From the NCBI GenBank assembly GCA_030248215.1, contig JASANG010000932.1:310001-374000 (forward strand): a stretch of 64,000 nucleotides of DNA, written 5' to 3'. A model generated the notes under the pieces. That model did not search any database. It saw only the letters and a list, made by a program, of their open reading frames with translations, and was not told the DNA's origin. Shown here in pieces: positions 36,976 to 49,520 of the stretch. How positions within the stretch are numbered: position 1 is the first letter of the stretch; the number at the start of each line of letters is the position of its first letter. The DNA is from Enoplolaimus lenunculus. Taxonomy: Eukaryota. A program made the position numbers and the translations under genes.

Positions 36976-38413
36976 TGCACTCAAACCACATGCGTTTATT
37001 GGTTCAATTTTTTGAAACTGTATATATTCATTTTATAATGCATTTAACAAACAGATAATTGTACACTGCAAAAATAAGCCAGAATTTGAAAAAAATACAC
37101 TGGTTTAAAACCAGATTTTTTTCTATCCGGCAAGGCTCAGGTATCGATTTTCCCTTAATATTGAATTAACCCAATTATAAACACTGCGGGTTTAAAATTG
37201 GAGAGCCAACGTTAGGCCCTGTGTCTTCTAAAATGGGACAAACCTAAAATGTCTTCAAATACAGCACTAAAATTGCGTTTGGCTTCTGGCTCGATTCGCG
37301 CAACGGTTTTCTCACTATTCGCACAGTCCTTTTAGAAATTTCTGGATCTGCCACAGAATTGCGTTATATTAATTTTGATTATAAATCTGCTATGAAATCT
37401 GAAGTGTTCCAGCTTTAATAATATAGATTGGTCATTGGAAATACCCATTGTAGCCTCAACCAAATTTTATTTTACAATATTTGGGACCTTAAACAAAATT
37501 GACTATGAAACATTTATTGAAGGTATATGAAACCTGATTTTTTTCAGTGTATATCTGAGGACTCGTGTCAAAAATTAAACGCTATTTTGAACACTTTTCG
37601 TGTTGCAAACAGCATTTTTGAAACGGTTTTTAGTAACCATGCAAATTCTGAAATGAATTTCTAATAAATTTAGCGTTTTTAATGTAATTTTTCATTATTT
37701 ATATAAACGCTGTTTTCAAGCCGCGAAAAAACTTTTTTTGCATTTTTGACAACGATTCCAAAAGACTAAAGAATCTTAATTAAGCCTAAGCCGAAGCAAA
37801 AAATGTAATCTAGAATCTAAACTTACTGTTTTTATGGACCCGCTAGAAACTTGGACGCCCAGTTAAAGTAACATGGGCCGTTATAGCTTGGGATGGGCAT
37901 ATACTATTACCGCTATGGTAATTTATAATCTTTGACTGGATTGTTTTGAGCGAAATCCATTAAGCAAGCATAAGCAAACCATATGTCTGCTTTAGTACAA
38001 AAATTTACAGTTACTGTCTCACAAAGTGCATCGAAATCGTAACTGAAAACACGGCAACAAGTATATACACTGCAAAAAACAGGTGCGTCAAATTGACTCT
38101 CTCCGAAATAGGCTTTTTGGGATTTACACAAATTGAATCAAAATTCGACTCCGCCAGAGCCAAATTCAATTCACTGAGTCACACGTTTGACTCAGACCGA
38201 GTCGAATTTGACTCAGTTTGTGTAGTCCCGAAAAGCCTATTTCGAAGAGAGTCAATTTGACTCATCATTTTTTGCAGTGTACGTCAAATAAAACACACGC
38301 AGTATAAAATCTCCACAAGACTTGAAAAACCGTAATTTTTCGAGTGCCTGGCTCTAATAGTGGAGCGGCGACGCTAAACGCATCCTGCCGGAGAATCTGT
38401 ATTTGATGTTTCC

Positions 38414-38761
38414 GACCCATGTTAAAATCAGGGACGGAACGTTTTTGTCCAACATACTGCAATAGAGTAAGCTTAAACTTAGGCTATTTTTTACGTACGC
38501 TTAGGTATAAGCTCATTGGCCCATGGGCCGGTCCATGTATAGAACAGGACCGGATTGTTTTCCGGCGGGGCTGTAATAGAGTACGTTTAAGGTTTAGACT
38601 AACTTTTTTGCTTAGGATAAGGACTTAGGCTTAGGCTTAGTAATAGGCTTATACTACTGTTCTGGCCTTGTTCTATACATTGGTCAGCTCGTTATACTCT
38701 TTAGGCATAGGTTTAAAAATATGCTTATACTACTGTTACGAATCTGTTCTATTCATTAGCC
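38414..38761. mobile_element. GGCC-family MITE with a second family member nested at 38518-38685
   Basis: Outer flanks ATGTTTCC/ATGTTTCA; inner flanks AGCTCATT/AGCTCGTT (both 7/8). Confidence 0.8.
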
Positions 38762-38824
38762 ATGTTTCACTGCGGAAATTGCATACGAGATAAAATTGAA
38801 AATATTCATGTGGGAAAGAATTAA

Positions 38825-39087
38825 CCCTTTCTCACATGAATATTTTCTATTTCCCCTGAGACCTACTTTTATGCTAGGATTCGAACTCCAGTGACTGGAG
38901 TGGGAGGCCTATACCATCACCACTCAGCTATGGGAGCTTGACGCTCGAGCCCGAGGGGGCTCTCACGTCTTGTGGTGATTTAGTACTATGTATACGTGTT
39001 GCAATTGTTAAACACGGTGCGATATATACTATTTAACGTATATACACTGCGCTAAGTTGCCTATAGGCAACTCAATGTGAGAAGGGG
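38825..39087 (-). mobile_element. piggyBac-like MITE with tRNA-like cassette (reverse orientation)
   Basis: TTAA at 38821-38824 and 39088-39091; reverse complement of the 32101-32363 sequence. Confidence 0.85.
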
Positions 39088-40042
39088 TTAAAGTAATAGC
39101 AGGCCGCAGTATCGACAGTATAAATTTTAAAATTACCACTTACCCCATCATTTTGCTCAACATTCCACTTCCACCGCTAGCATCTGACGGTCCAGTTTCG
39201 GCCTGTTGGGACATATTTGACAGACCTGACAGTCTAAATATAGACGTGATATTTTTAAATTTTAACCTGAAAGTATAATTTTAACTCTGATATACGCCTG
39301 CTCAAAAAGGTTATACATTCTGTTCCATTGTTCCGTATGCAACAACCATGACCCAGTTACCTAAAGATCATAGGCGGACCGCTTTTGCGTATGACCGCAA
39401 TAGAGTAAGCTTAACTTTTATATGGATTTTTGGGCCAATATTTCATTAAGGGGCGTAACAGTAGATTAAGCGTATTCCTAAGTTTCAGCCTAAGCCTAAG
39501 CGTTGCAAAATAGAGTTCCTAAACCTATTAAGCCCAAGCCTAAGCCTATAAGCCTAAGCAAAAAATAATGTAATCTAGAATCTAAACCTACTCTTTTATA
39601 GACCCACCAGAAACCAGGACGCCCCTTAAAGTAACATGGGCCAATTTTTGTGTAGGTTTCGACATTAGGGCTATGGTTCTACTACTGTTCCGGCCCTATT
39701 TCATACATTCTCTGAAATTCATTGCTGCTACACACATTGGCTTATGTATAGATCGGGGGTGGACAGTTTTACCGTGGCATTGCAAAAGAGTAAATAAAGC
39801 TTTAGACTAATTTTTTGCTTGGCTTTCGGTTTAAGCTTTGGGCATAGGCTTATCCTGACGCTTACGTTTTAAGCTTTAGGAACATGCTTATACTTTAGGC
39901 TGACCAGCTGGTAAATTGTGTAATGTTTCAAACCAGTGAATCGGAGAATTTAGAATATTTCCTTAAAGGTTGTTGTATAGTTTGTTAGGTTTCGAACTTG
40001 TTGAGAATCCGTGGCTTGAGTCTTGGGGGGGTTAAGGAAATG

Positions 40043-40246
40043 GGCCACTGTAAAGAACAGGGGCGGAACAGTATTTTATGAGTATATTCCTAAGCCTAAG
40101 CCTAAAAGCCTAAGCCTAAACCTAAGCGTAAGAATGAGCATATCCCTAAACCTAAGCGTAAACCAGGCAAAAAATACTCTAAACCTTAAGCTTGCTCTAT
40201 TCTAGTCCAACCGAAAAACTCTTTGCCCTCGATCTTTAAATGGGTC
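40043..40246. mobile_element. GGCC-ended MITE with GCCTAA repeats (Merlin-like)
   Basis: Perfect 8-bp TSD AGGAAATG. Contains one copy of the unit amplified at 1-1640. Confidence 0.85.
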
Positions 40247-41326
40247 AGGAAATGTATCCTTTTGAAATTTCTGGAAAGACTAACAAACTGATACTTGCAC
40301 ACTGTAAATTCCGATGAGTTGATTAATCAGAGAGCGAATTAGTTATTCCTGGTTATTTCTGAGTTAATAACAGAAAACATCGACTCGCTCTGAGCTGACT
40401 TAATTCCGAGGAGTTGATTAATAAACTCAGAATGATTTCAATCAATTCAGAGCTTTGAGTTCTGAAAGACTTTAATTCAGAGCTCAGACTTCTGATTGGA
40501 TTCGACTCATTCTGAGTTAAAATGAATTCACTGCGGAAATTTAAAGTATATAGGACTTTTGTTCTGGTCAATGTAACAAAATTGTAAATTTGCTAATTCC
40601 TAAGCAAAGTAAAATAGCCAAACGCCTCAATGGTTAATTATAAGCTACAGTCAAACGCAAGCGACCAATGAGTTCTTTAAGATTAAAAAACTTATCTGTG
40701 GAACACAAGCAAGTTGGTTCATTTATTGTTTGGTGTCTCCCCACATGCTTAGATTTAGGCTCAAGCTTACAACTATAAGTATAGGAAACGGGTCACCTTA
40801 GCCCAAGCGTGAACGTAAGCCTTCTTCTTAAATACACTGTAAAAATGGTGAGTCAAATTGACACTCTCCGAAATAGGCTCTACGGGACTACACAAACCGA
40901 GTCAAATTCCACTCCGACAAAGTCAAACGTGCGACTCAGTGAATCGAATGTGACTGTGGCAGAGTCGAATTTGACTCAGTTTGTGTAGCCCCGTAGAGCC
41001 TATTTCGGAGGGAGTCAATTTGACTCATCATTTTTTGCAGTGTATGCAGGCAGGGTACAACACTCTGTCTATCAGTTTTACTTTTGGTCCACATTAAAAA
41101 ATAAATTCGCGTTTTGTTAAATTAAGACTTGGAAAACAGCTCAAATTTCATTCTACTCGCAATCTTAAAATGAACTTTTATACGCAATTTTGTTTGAAGC
41201 AAGCCTTGTAAACGGCTAATGTATGGAACGTGGGCCGAATAGTAGGATAAAAGCAAAATTCCTAAACCTAAAGACTGAGCCTAGGTGTAAGAATGAGCTT
41301 TATACCTAAACCTAACTCGTTATAAT

Positions 41327-41808
41327 GGCCCATGTAAAGATCAGGGGCGGAACGTTTTTCTGTGGGCTGCAATAGAAAATTCTTATGCTTTAGACTAAGT
41401 ATTTTTTGTTTGGCTTAGGCTTAGGCTTCTAGGCTTAGGCTTAGGCTTCTAGGCTTAGGCTTAGGCTTCTAGGCTTAGGCTTAGGCTTCTAGGCTTAGGC
41501 TTAGGCTTAGGCTTAGGTTTCTAGGCTTAGGCTTAGGCTTAGGCTTAGGTTTCTAGGCTTAGGCTTAGGCTTAGGCTTTGGCTTCTAGGCTAGGCTTAGG
41601 CTTCTAGGCTTAGGCTTAGGCTTCTAGGCTAGGCTTAGGCTTCTAGGCTTAGGCTTAGGCTTCTAGGCTTAGGCTTAGGCTTCTAGGCTTAGGCTTAGGC
41701 TTAGGCTTAGGCTTCTAGGCTTAGGCTTAGGCTTCTAGGCTTAGGCTTAGGCTTAGGCTTAGGCATATGCTTAATAATACTGTTCAGCCCCTGTTCTTTA
41801 CATTGGCC
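41327..41808. mobile_element. GGCC-ended MITE containing a ~350-bp interstitial telomere-like array, (TTAGGC)n with TTCTAGGC variants, at ~41412-41764
   Basis: TIRs GGCCCATGTAAAGATCAGGGGCGGAAC / GTTCAGCCCCTGTTCTTTACATTGGCC. It sits inside another, degraded family copy (~41214-41956); no TSD found. Confidence 0.85.
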
Positions 41809-42499
41809 ACCTAAGCCTAAGTATGCCTAGACGTTAAAAAATCGATGTATTCTTATGCCTTAGTCTAAAGCAAAAAATAATCTAAAAGCTGAAACTAAAA
41901 TTGTATTCCAGTCCCACGGAATATAAACGCTCAGCAGCTGATCTTTTGCATGGGCCATAGTGACAAATGGGCCATAAACAGCTTAAAGGAACTATTTATT
42001 GCTACCAGCGAAGGTGAAAAACACTTTTAAATTTAAATTTCAAACACAAACCAAAGCTTTTATAAAACCAGCAAATTCTGGCACTCAACATTGTTATATT
42101 TTGTGCTGGAACAAATTTTTTTTGTACCAGGTTGTTGCGTATAACATTGATGGCAAAGCTTTATACAGTTCGCGCACCTCAAAACTACGCCAAAACGTAA
42201 ACCAACACCTTTAAGCTTGGTTTGGGGGTGGGAGTCCACTGGTGATAAAAGTTTGTGCCAGGTTTAACCACAACCAATAATTATTTTTTGTGAAAAGTGT
42301 TATAACGACGCAAAAACAACTACTGTGTGGCATAAAACAGTAAAATTTTTAAGCTGTGAATGATAAAAATTATAAATGAGGTTAAAGTTTGGTTGAAAAA
42401 TATCTACCGACCCGGAAGAATAAACCGATTTTAGAATGGTTACGTTTTGCGTAACAGTAACCCGACAAAAAATTTCTCGTTTTCGATGCGAAAATATAT

Positions 42500-43146
42500 A
42501 GCTCCCCATATTGCTACAAGAAGGGCGCCCCCATGGGTATTGCTGTCCCATTTTCCCGCGTTTTCCCAGCGAAAATTTGCAGCTGTCTCATGTTCTCATT
42601 CGCACGAAACAAGCCTGTCCCATTTTTCTGTTTTTCCCAATGAAAGTTTCGTGTCCGATTTTCCCGTTTTCCCTGTGAAAATTTTTAGCTGTCCAATTTT
42701 TCCGTTTTTCAGTGAAAATTTGCAGCTGACCCATTTCCCCATTTGCCCGAAACACACTTGCCCAGTTTCTCATTTGTCCGAAATGCACCTGTCCAATTTT
42801 CCCAGCGAATATATATCGCTGTCCCTGTTTCCCGTTTTCCAAACGAAACTTTGCAGCTGTCCCGTATTCCTATTTGCCCTAAAGAAGCGTCTTCCATTCT
42901 CTCAGCGAAAGTATATCGCTTTACGCTGTCTCATTTCACCGTTACCAAGCGAAAATTTGCAGCTGTCCCCAATTTTTCATTTGCCTGAAACAAAGCTTGT
43001 AACATTTTCCCATTTTCCAGTGATAATATATTGCTGTCTTATGTTCCCGAAAGAAGCCTGCCCTATTTTCCAGTTTTCTGATTGTACTCCTGCGTCTGAG
43101 ATGCTACCTCGCCTAAACGACACGCTTTTGAAAGCAACATTGGCCG
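42500..43146. repeat. Degenerate tandem repeat (CTGTCCCATTTTCCCGTTTTCC-like) ending in a GGCC-family TIR
   Basis: Recurring GCTGTCCCATTTT motifs; ends ...AAAGCAACATTGGCC. The overlapping ORFs are repeat-derived. Confidence 0.6.
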
Positions 43147-45148
43147 TTTAAAATACACTTGGTTTATAAATTTTCAAGTTTTTCGTTAGAATTGGTTTTG
43201 GTTTGGTTTTACAATTTCTTCACAATTTTTACACGTACCTATGTGATTCTGAATGTGAATTGAAAAGGACTCAATGGTTATTCTGTATGATCCAAAAGAA
43301 GGATTTTTAAACACAGTTTATTTCACTAAATAGATATAGAGTATGAGGCCCATGAGCCCATGCATCGAACAGGGCCGGAACAGTAGTATAAGCATATTCC
43401 TATGCCTAAGCCTAAACCTAAGCCTAAGCGTATGGTTGAGCCTATTCCTAAGCCTAAGCCTTGAAGCCTAAAACCTAAGCCTAAGCAAAAAAATTAGTTT
43501 AAAGCTTAAACTGACTTTATTATAGCCCCTCCGGAAAACGTTGCAGCCTTTTCTATACATGGGCCAACTCTTCTATTAAATGAGTTTCAATCACCAAACC
43601 ACTAGGCGATGAAATGCGTAAAACTTAACGAGCCACAATTTCTACCCTTATACTCTTATGTCCTCACGTAAAACAAAATGAAAGCCAAGCGGCGAAATCA
43701 AAAGTGTTTTACCGTATATTAAGGTCTTCGAAATGTTTACTCGAATGTTGGTTAAAATCGATTAAAAATACTTTTTCTTGTCGTCAAGTTTAATGCTATC
43801 GGGAAATGACTTAGCTAGTAGTCAATTTTTTTATGTTAAGTATCGCATGATATTTGGCGACAATGAGCAATTCTACCTAAACAAGCTGTATATATAATAC
43901 AATAAGGCACGCATTTTCAGCCGTTAACATCAAAAACAAACGGTGACATAGAAAGTGAACATTAATATTTTGCGCAAGTGGTTGAAGCAATGTAGCGAAG
44001 GGATAGCTCAGTTTGCAAGAGCGGGGCGTTACCAGGAATTTTTTAAGGGGGAAGTGCTCTTGAATGTTAGTGGAGTCCTGGGGAGTTTTTTACTACCTAC
44101 AGCTCTGTCACAACAGTTACATAATTATTAATTGTATTATAAATCTCGCGAGCGAAGCTAGTGAACAGCTACGCGCAATTATTTGGATTAAACTCCATTA
44201 CGTTATTTCGGTTCTAGGCTGGCTTAGTCATATGGTCTGCCCCATATGACATCTTGCCTGTAGTAGCGCAACACTGAGGAGGTAATCTCTTAAACATGAA
44301 AAGCGAAAACCATTGCGTGCCGTACGAGCGTGAAACAAACAAGATGTACTTTTACTTCTAGACAACATAAAATGTCGTACAAGTTATTGCAACACGAGAA
44401 GTTCAGACAAAATTTTCGAATTGTTTGGACTTCTTCACACTCTCAATAACACCGGTGTTTTGGATTTTGCTCTATTTGTTTCAGAATACCAACTTAATAA
44501 AATTAGAACATTGGTTTTCGAGCTGCAAAACTAATAACATTTACTATATATTTCAGCAGATATACTTTTTTCGCAAACGTAATTAATCGCTCCCAACCTC
44601 GGATCTGAGATTTGTGAAATGACACAAAAACCGATTTATAAACATGTTGTTGAAAATTTCTATTGTTTATAAATGTCAGCATATATATTGCCAAACATTG
44701 TTGGATTCGGCTTATTCAAAACCGAATCTGAAACGCAAATTTTTGCCGAATCCGAACTTTTGTTGCCAGCCTGTGCACTTCCACTATTTTCACCAGTGGT
44801 TTGAAGTATACTTAATATCGTAGCATTGTGTAACAATATTATACCTATATAGTAGTGCATTGTATAGAATGCTTGCCGGTGCACATGTGCCAAAATACGT
44901 AAATATAATTGATTACACTTCTCTTAAAGTATATATAGGTGTATACGCTATGCGAAGGTCTTTTGCTCATTTCCAGTTTCTGTTAATTTAACGAACTACA
45001 TAAATATTTTTGTTATTTGAAAGTTCACTGTATAATACGTATGTCCGTATTTTTAGAATTACCATTTAATAATGATTAACATGTTTAATAAAATAATAAA
45101 GATAGTCAGTCTGTTTTGTATATATTAGTATATTAGATTAGACAATAT

Positions 45149-46378
45149 ATGGCATCTCAAAAAGTAGCTGTTGGTGCAATACGCGCTGTCAAATCCGCAG
45201 TAAGATCTACTCGGCTGCCACAACGGCAAGCGCTAGTCTTAACAAGTTCAGCGGTTAAACGGGTCAAAGAGCTATTGGCGCTCAAACCAGATGCGTCTGG
45301 CCTAAAGGTTAATAGAGTTTTACTTTGTTACTTTTAAGACTATGCTTTATGTTGTAAAATGTATCGTACCGCTGTATGTAGTGTTAAGATTTCGACCGAA
45401 TAAGCAGTTTAAGTGGTGTACTTTTTTTGCACTGTTTGCTTACAAAAGATCATTTGAACAAAATTAGGTTATTTTCATAATTTGCACAATTGCCAGTGTT
45501 TCCCAGGGTCAAGATTTAAATATTTCTGAGACATCTATATACATTTGGTGGTAGTCTTATTTTGTAAATGATGCCGAATAAATACTACAAATAAAAAACC
45601 AATATTTTGTCCTCGGAAACCGCACTCCTGAGCAAAATCCTGCTACGGCCCTTTATCTGGAACATTGATTTGTTCTAATTCTAAGTGATGTTAGCATTTT
45701 CAGTGCCATACAGTGGCGGATCCAGGATCTCAAAATGGGGGGGGGGGCAAAATTTTGCAGGTAATAAACTTATTTTTGACCCATACTGTAGTGACACAAA
45801 TAAGAGGGGGTCCCCATTTTGAGTCCCAATTAATAGGAGTCCGTATTTCTAATAAGAATCCGTAAGCGGGTAGAGTCCTTAAACCCTTGTTTAGAGTCCA
45901 TAAATGTCTATTATCCCTCAGTTTAGTGCATAAATGAGGCCAAGAAACCTTAAAGCGTGCTTATACTTTTGTGTATAAAACGGAGAAATCAGCGTAGAAC
46001 AGCAATTGACACTATATAATTTTTGTCGAGATGCTGTTGGGGGGCACGGCCGGGGTGGCCATCTTGTGGATCCGCCATTGGAGCCATACTTATGTTTTAT
46101 TTTTGACGTCTCACATGTGTTTATTATATTTGCAGGTTGGTGTTAAGCAGCGTGGTTGCAACGGCCTTACGTATACCCTTGACTATTGCGGTGAGCCAGC
46201 AAAATTTGACGAAAAAGTGACGCAAGACGGTGCAGTAGTTTTCATCGATTCAAAAGCGCAGTTGACTTTGCTTGGAACTGAAATGGATTTTGTCGAAACT
46301 AAGCTGTGCTCTGAGTTTGTGTTCAATAATCCGAATATTAAAGGAACTTGTGGTTGCGGAGAAAGCTTTAATATTTGA
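45149..46378 (+). CDS. ISCA1: Iron-sulfur cluster assembly 1 homolog, mitochondrial (IscA/HesB family), 133 aa, 2 exons
   Basis: Exon 1 45149-45307 (basic, presequence-like N-terminus, ...LTSSAVKRVKELL...GLK|gt). Exon 2 46136-46378 (VGVKQRGCNGLTYTLDY...FVFNNPNIKGTCGCGESF). The conserved GCNG and CGCGESF motifs are present. Confidence 0.96.
45711..46080. mobile_element. hAT-like MITE in the ISCA1 intron, with a nested fragment of the 48238-48664 family
   Basis: TIRs CAGTGGCGGATCCA / TGGATCCGCCATTG; flanks GTGCCATA/GAGCCATA (7/8). Confidence 0.75.
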
Positions 46379-47821
46379 AATTACTAGAATTGACTTGGTG
46401 CAGTTGGTCAGTGGGTTCGAGCAAGTGAGTAATACGAAGAATTTATAAACGATCTTTGAGTGAGTATACTACTGTTGGGTAGCGCTGATAATGTGTGAAT
46501 GTACAGGTAATAGTGATGTTGCCGTGGTGTACAGCGGATTGTAAATTTTGTAGTAGCATACAAGTTCTCATGAAGGCGAGCGTTATGTGTATTTTCAAGT
46601 TTATTACAATTGGTGATGTTTAGATTTTTAGGAATCACGAAGTTCAGCTAACAATTATGCCGAGAACAGTAATAGCATTTTTAGTAATAATTACGGGAAA
46701 AACGTTTGTGTAAAGAAAACGAATTACTCTAATAATTCTTCATATGAAATCTGTCATATCTTAAAATTCTGGGTTAGATTAAATTTGTAACCGGAATCGG
46801 AAATATTTTATATCGGAATAGTAATTCGGTTTGCGTCCAGGGCGTCAGAAATATAGGGCTTTGTGATGTGGTGATCGTAGAATGTGGCATATCTGTGAGT
46901 TTACTATGGAAGTCTTCAATGGCTATTTAATGATACTAGTTTTCGGTAGATGTGTTATTTATTTATTATTTTCAAGGCCTATGTTAGGATCAGGGGTGGA
47001 ACGTTTTTCTGTTGGACTAGAAAAGAGTAAGCTTAATTTTAGACTAATTTTTTAATTTTTTACCTTGGCTTTGTCTTAGGCTTAGGCTTACGAATATGCT
47101 CATTGTAACGCTTAGGCTTAGGCATAGGAATATGTTTATAATACTGTTTCGCCCATGTTCTTTACATTGGCCAGAACATGTGTAACTTTACAGAAATAGT
47201 ACCAACGAAATAATCGTGTTTGAAGTTTAAGAAAACGCATATCATTAATGAATAAGCTTATAAAAACTTTGCTGCGTTGATAAAGCTTTATCGCATTTGG
47301 TATAATTTTAACGAAGCTTAAAAATCCTGAATGTTACTGAATACTGTTGACAAAACGTTTTAAATTAGTTTTACAAGTCTTGGAATGACAAATAGAGACA
47401 TACACGTATTCTAAAATATAGGTGACGGTCTAATACAAATTTTGATAAATCGTAAGGGAAAGAATTGTATAGCTTAAGCGGGAGAATCGAATGATAACAT
47501 AAAATCCAAAGGGAAAAATCCATTAGAATGAAAATTACACGAAGAAAATCGTATACGACACCGGCAGACACTAACCAGACCGATTGCCATGCTTTTTTTA
47601 ATATCTGTATTGTGTTTTAGAAATTTAATTAAAACATTTAATACATGCAAACAAATTTGAAACTATGCACTTGAGCAAATTTGGATTTGTATTATAGTGT
47701 AGTGAAGTGATGTTTTTGAAAAACATAATTGTAGTAAAATTTTGTATTCACTTGTTTGTATGAGCAGATTTTGCAGTCATTAAAGTTTCATAAATATTAG
47801 TGGTTGCAGGCCAAAAGCGAT

Positions 47822-47893
47822 GGCTACTTGGTCTAGTGGTATGATTCTCGCTTTGGGTGCGAGAGGTCCCGTGTTCGATCCACGGAGTAGCCC
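47822..47893 (+). tRNA. tRNA-Pro (anticodon TGG)
   Basis: 72-nt cloverleaf: acceptor stem GGCTACT/AGTAGCC, anticodon arm CTCGC-TTTGGGT-GCGAG, T arm CCGTG-TTCGATC-CACGG, followed by a T-run Pol III terminator. Confidence 0.95.
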
Positions 47894-48237
47894 TTATTTT
47901 TTCACATCGTATGCGCCAGAGAAGGATGTTTCCTTAGCAACGCATGCAATATAAAAACAATGCACAAAATAAAGTTTTCTGACGGAGTCGATGTACACCT
48001 GACACATATGGTGTAAACTGATTATAAAAATAACGGAAACTGATAAATCGGAACAGCGGAAATCAGGTGGTATTCAAGTATATAAAAATGTTTTTACGTT
48101 CAAAAATATTCACAAGGCTCAGTTAAATTCTACAGAAAATATAGCGAAACCACTGAAAATTCTAAACATTGTTGAAGAATTTGGTTATCTTTATTTCAAA
48201 TCGAACGAATACAACATATTTGTACTAAAAATACGAA

Positions 48238-48664
48238 CTGTAGTGACCCGAATAAGGGGACCCCCATTTTGAGTCCTAATCAACTGGATTCTGCATCCAT
48301 ACTAAGAACCGTAAACGTATAGTCTCTAAAAACTAATTAGAGTCCATAAATGTCAATTATCCCTAATTGTGGCGCATAAACGACTCCAGGACCAAGTAAA
48401 GTTGAGTTCAAAACGTTAAAGCATATTTAGTTTTGAAAGTACATTCCTAAGTATAACTTTGCATCATCGCTCAAGCTATTGACACAAGACAAATAAACGT
48501 TTAATTCAACGGACAGTTGCACAGAAGAGACGGGTGTTAAGTCCAACTAACAAAAGGCGCGGAGGGTGGGTTAAAAATAAATAACAGTCCGTAACCGAAT
48601 AACATGACGTACCCTCTGGAGAGGCCAAATAAATGTTAGTCCCCACGTATTCGGGTCACTACGG
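48238..48664. mobile_element. TIR element, possibly a Tc1/mariner-pogo-type MITE
   Basis: TIRs C(T/C)GTAGTGACCCGAATA / TATTCGGGTCACTACGG, TA on the right side. Partial copies at ~11800-12063 and ~45786-45960. Confidence 0.65.
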
Positions 48665-48978
48665 TACGATAATTAGTGATTAACTGAGACAAAGCTATCT
48701 GCTGAAAAATATCGTAATTATCGGGATTATATATAATGGAAAAGGATACTGATTATTGCAAGGTTTCAACGTAATTGCTATTGCAACGATTAACAGTTAA
48801 GTTTTTGTATGTTGAAAATACTTTTGATGTTCTGTATAAATAGCGTAGGTCGATGTTTGACCAATTTGTTCAATGACGCTCGTCGGCATATGATGGATTT
48901 AGTTTCGTTGCCGTTTAAAGGATCCGCGGATATTAAGTAAGGGCCAATGTTACTTTTAGAGCTGTAACAGTAGATTAA

Positions 48979-49520
48979 TGCGGCGTTCACGTTATAACTG
49001 GGGCAGCTTGGAACACGTTTTGTCCAATGTTGATTCGACGTCAACATAAAATTCTGTGATCCGAATAGTCTACTAAATATCATATGATATTTATAAAGGA
49101 CAATGGAATTTGTGCACGCTAAATAAAACAGTAAAAAGTCGGATAATGCAGCATTAAATGATTTCGCAACTTGAATTAGCTTCTACCGTTCTGTTTCTCG
49201 CTAAGTTTTTCCCAAAATATATTCCTAAGTACAAATAATTCAAATTTAAAATTTTAGTATCATATGACATTCTACAGTACAATCAAGCTAGTTTACCACA
49301 ACTTTGCAGACATTTTCAAACATATCATATGATACTCGCAGACAATATTTGGAATATCATATGATATTGCAGTACAAACAGTAGATGTCACATCAGGGTA
49401 GCAGACAATTCAAATTTTTTGAATCTCATAGCGGATAAACGGTCAGACAAAATGTTACCAGCTATAGTCATAGGGACAAAACGTGTTCCAGGCTGCCCCA
49501 GTTATAACGTGAACCCCGCA
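48979..49520. mobile_element. PIF/Harbinger-like MITE inserted into a GGCC-family MITE (48942-49656)
   Basis: ~45-bp TIRs TGCGG.GTTCACGTTATAACTGGGGCAGC; TAA TSD, confirmed by the empty site GTAGATTAAGCGTATTCC in the sister copy at ~39461. Confidence 0.85.

Noticed and set aside
41412..41764. True chromosome end or telomere fusion site
   Set aside because: The array is short, single-orientation, interrupted by TTCTAGGC variants and enclosed by MITE TIRs.
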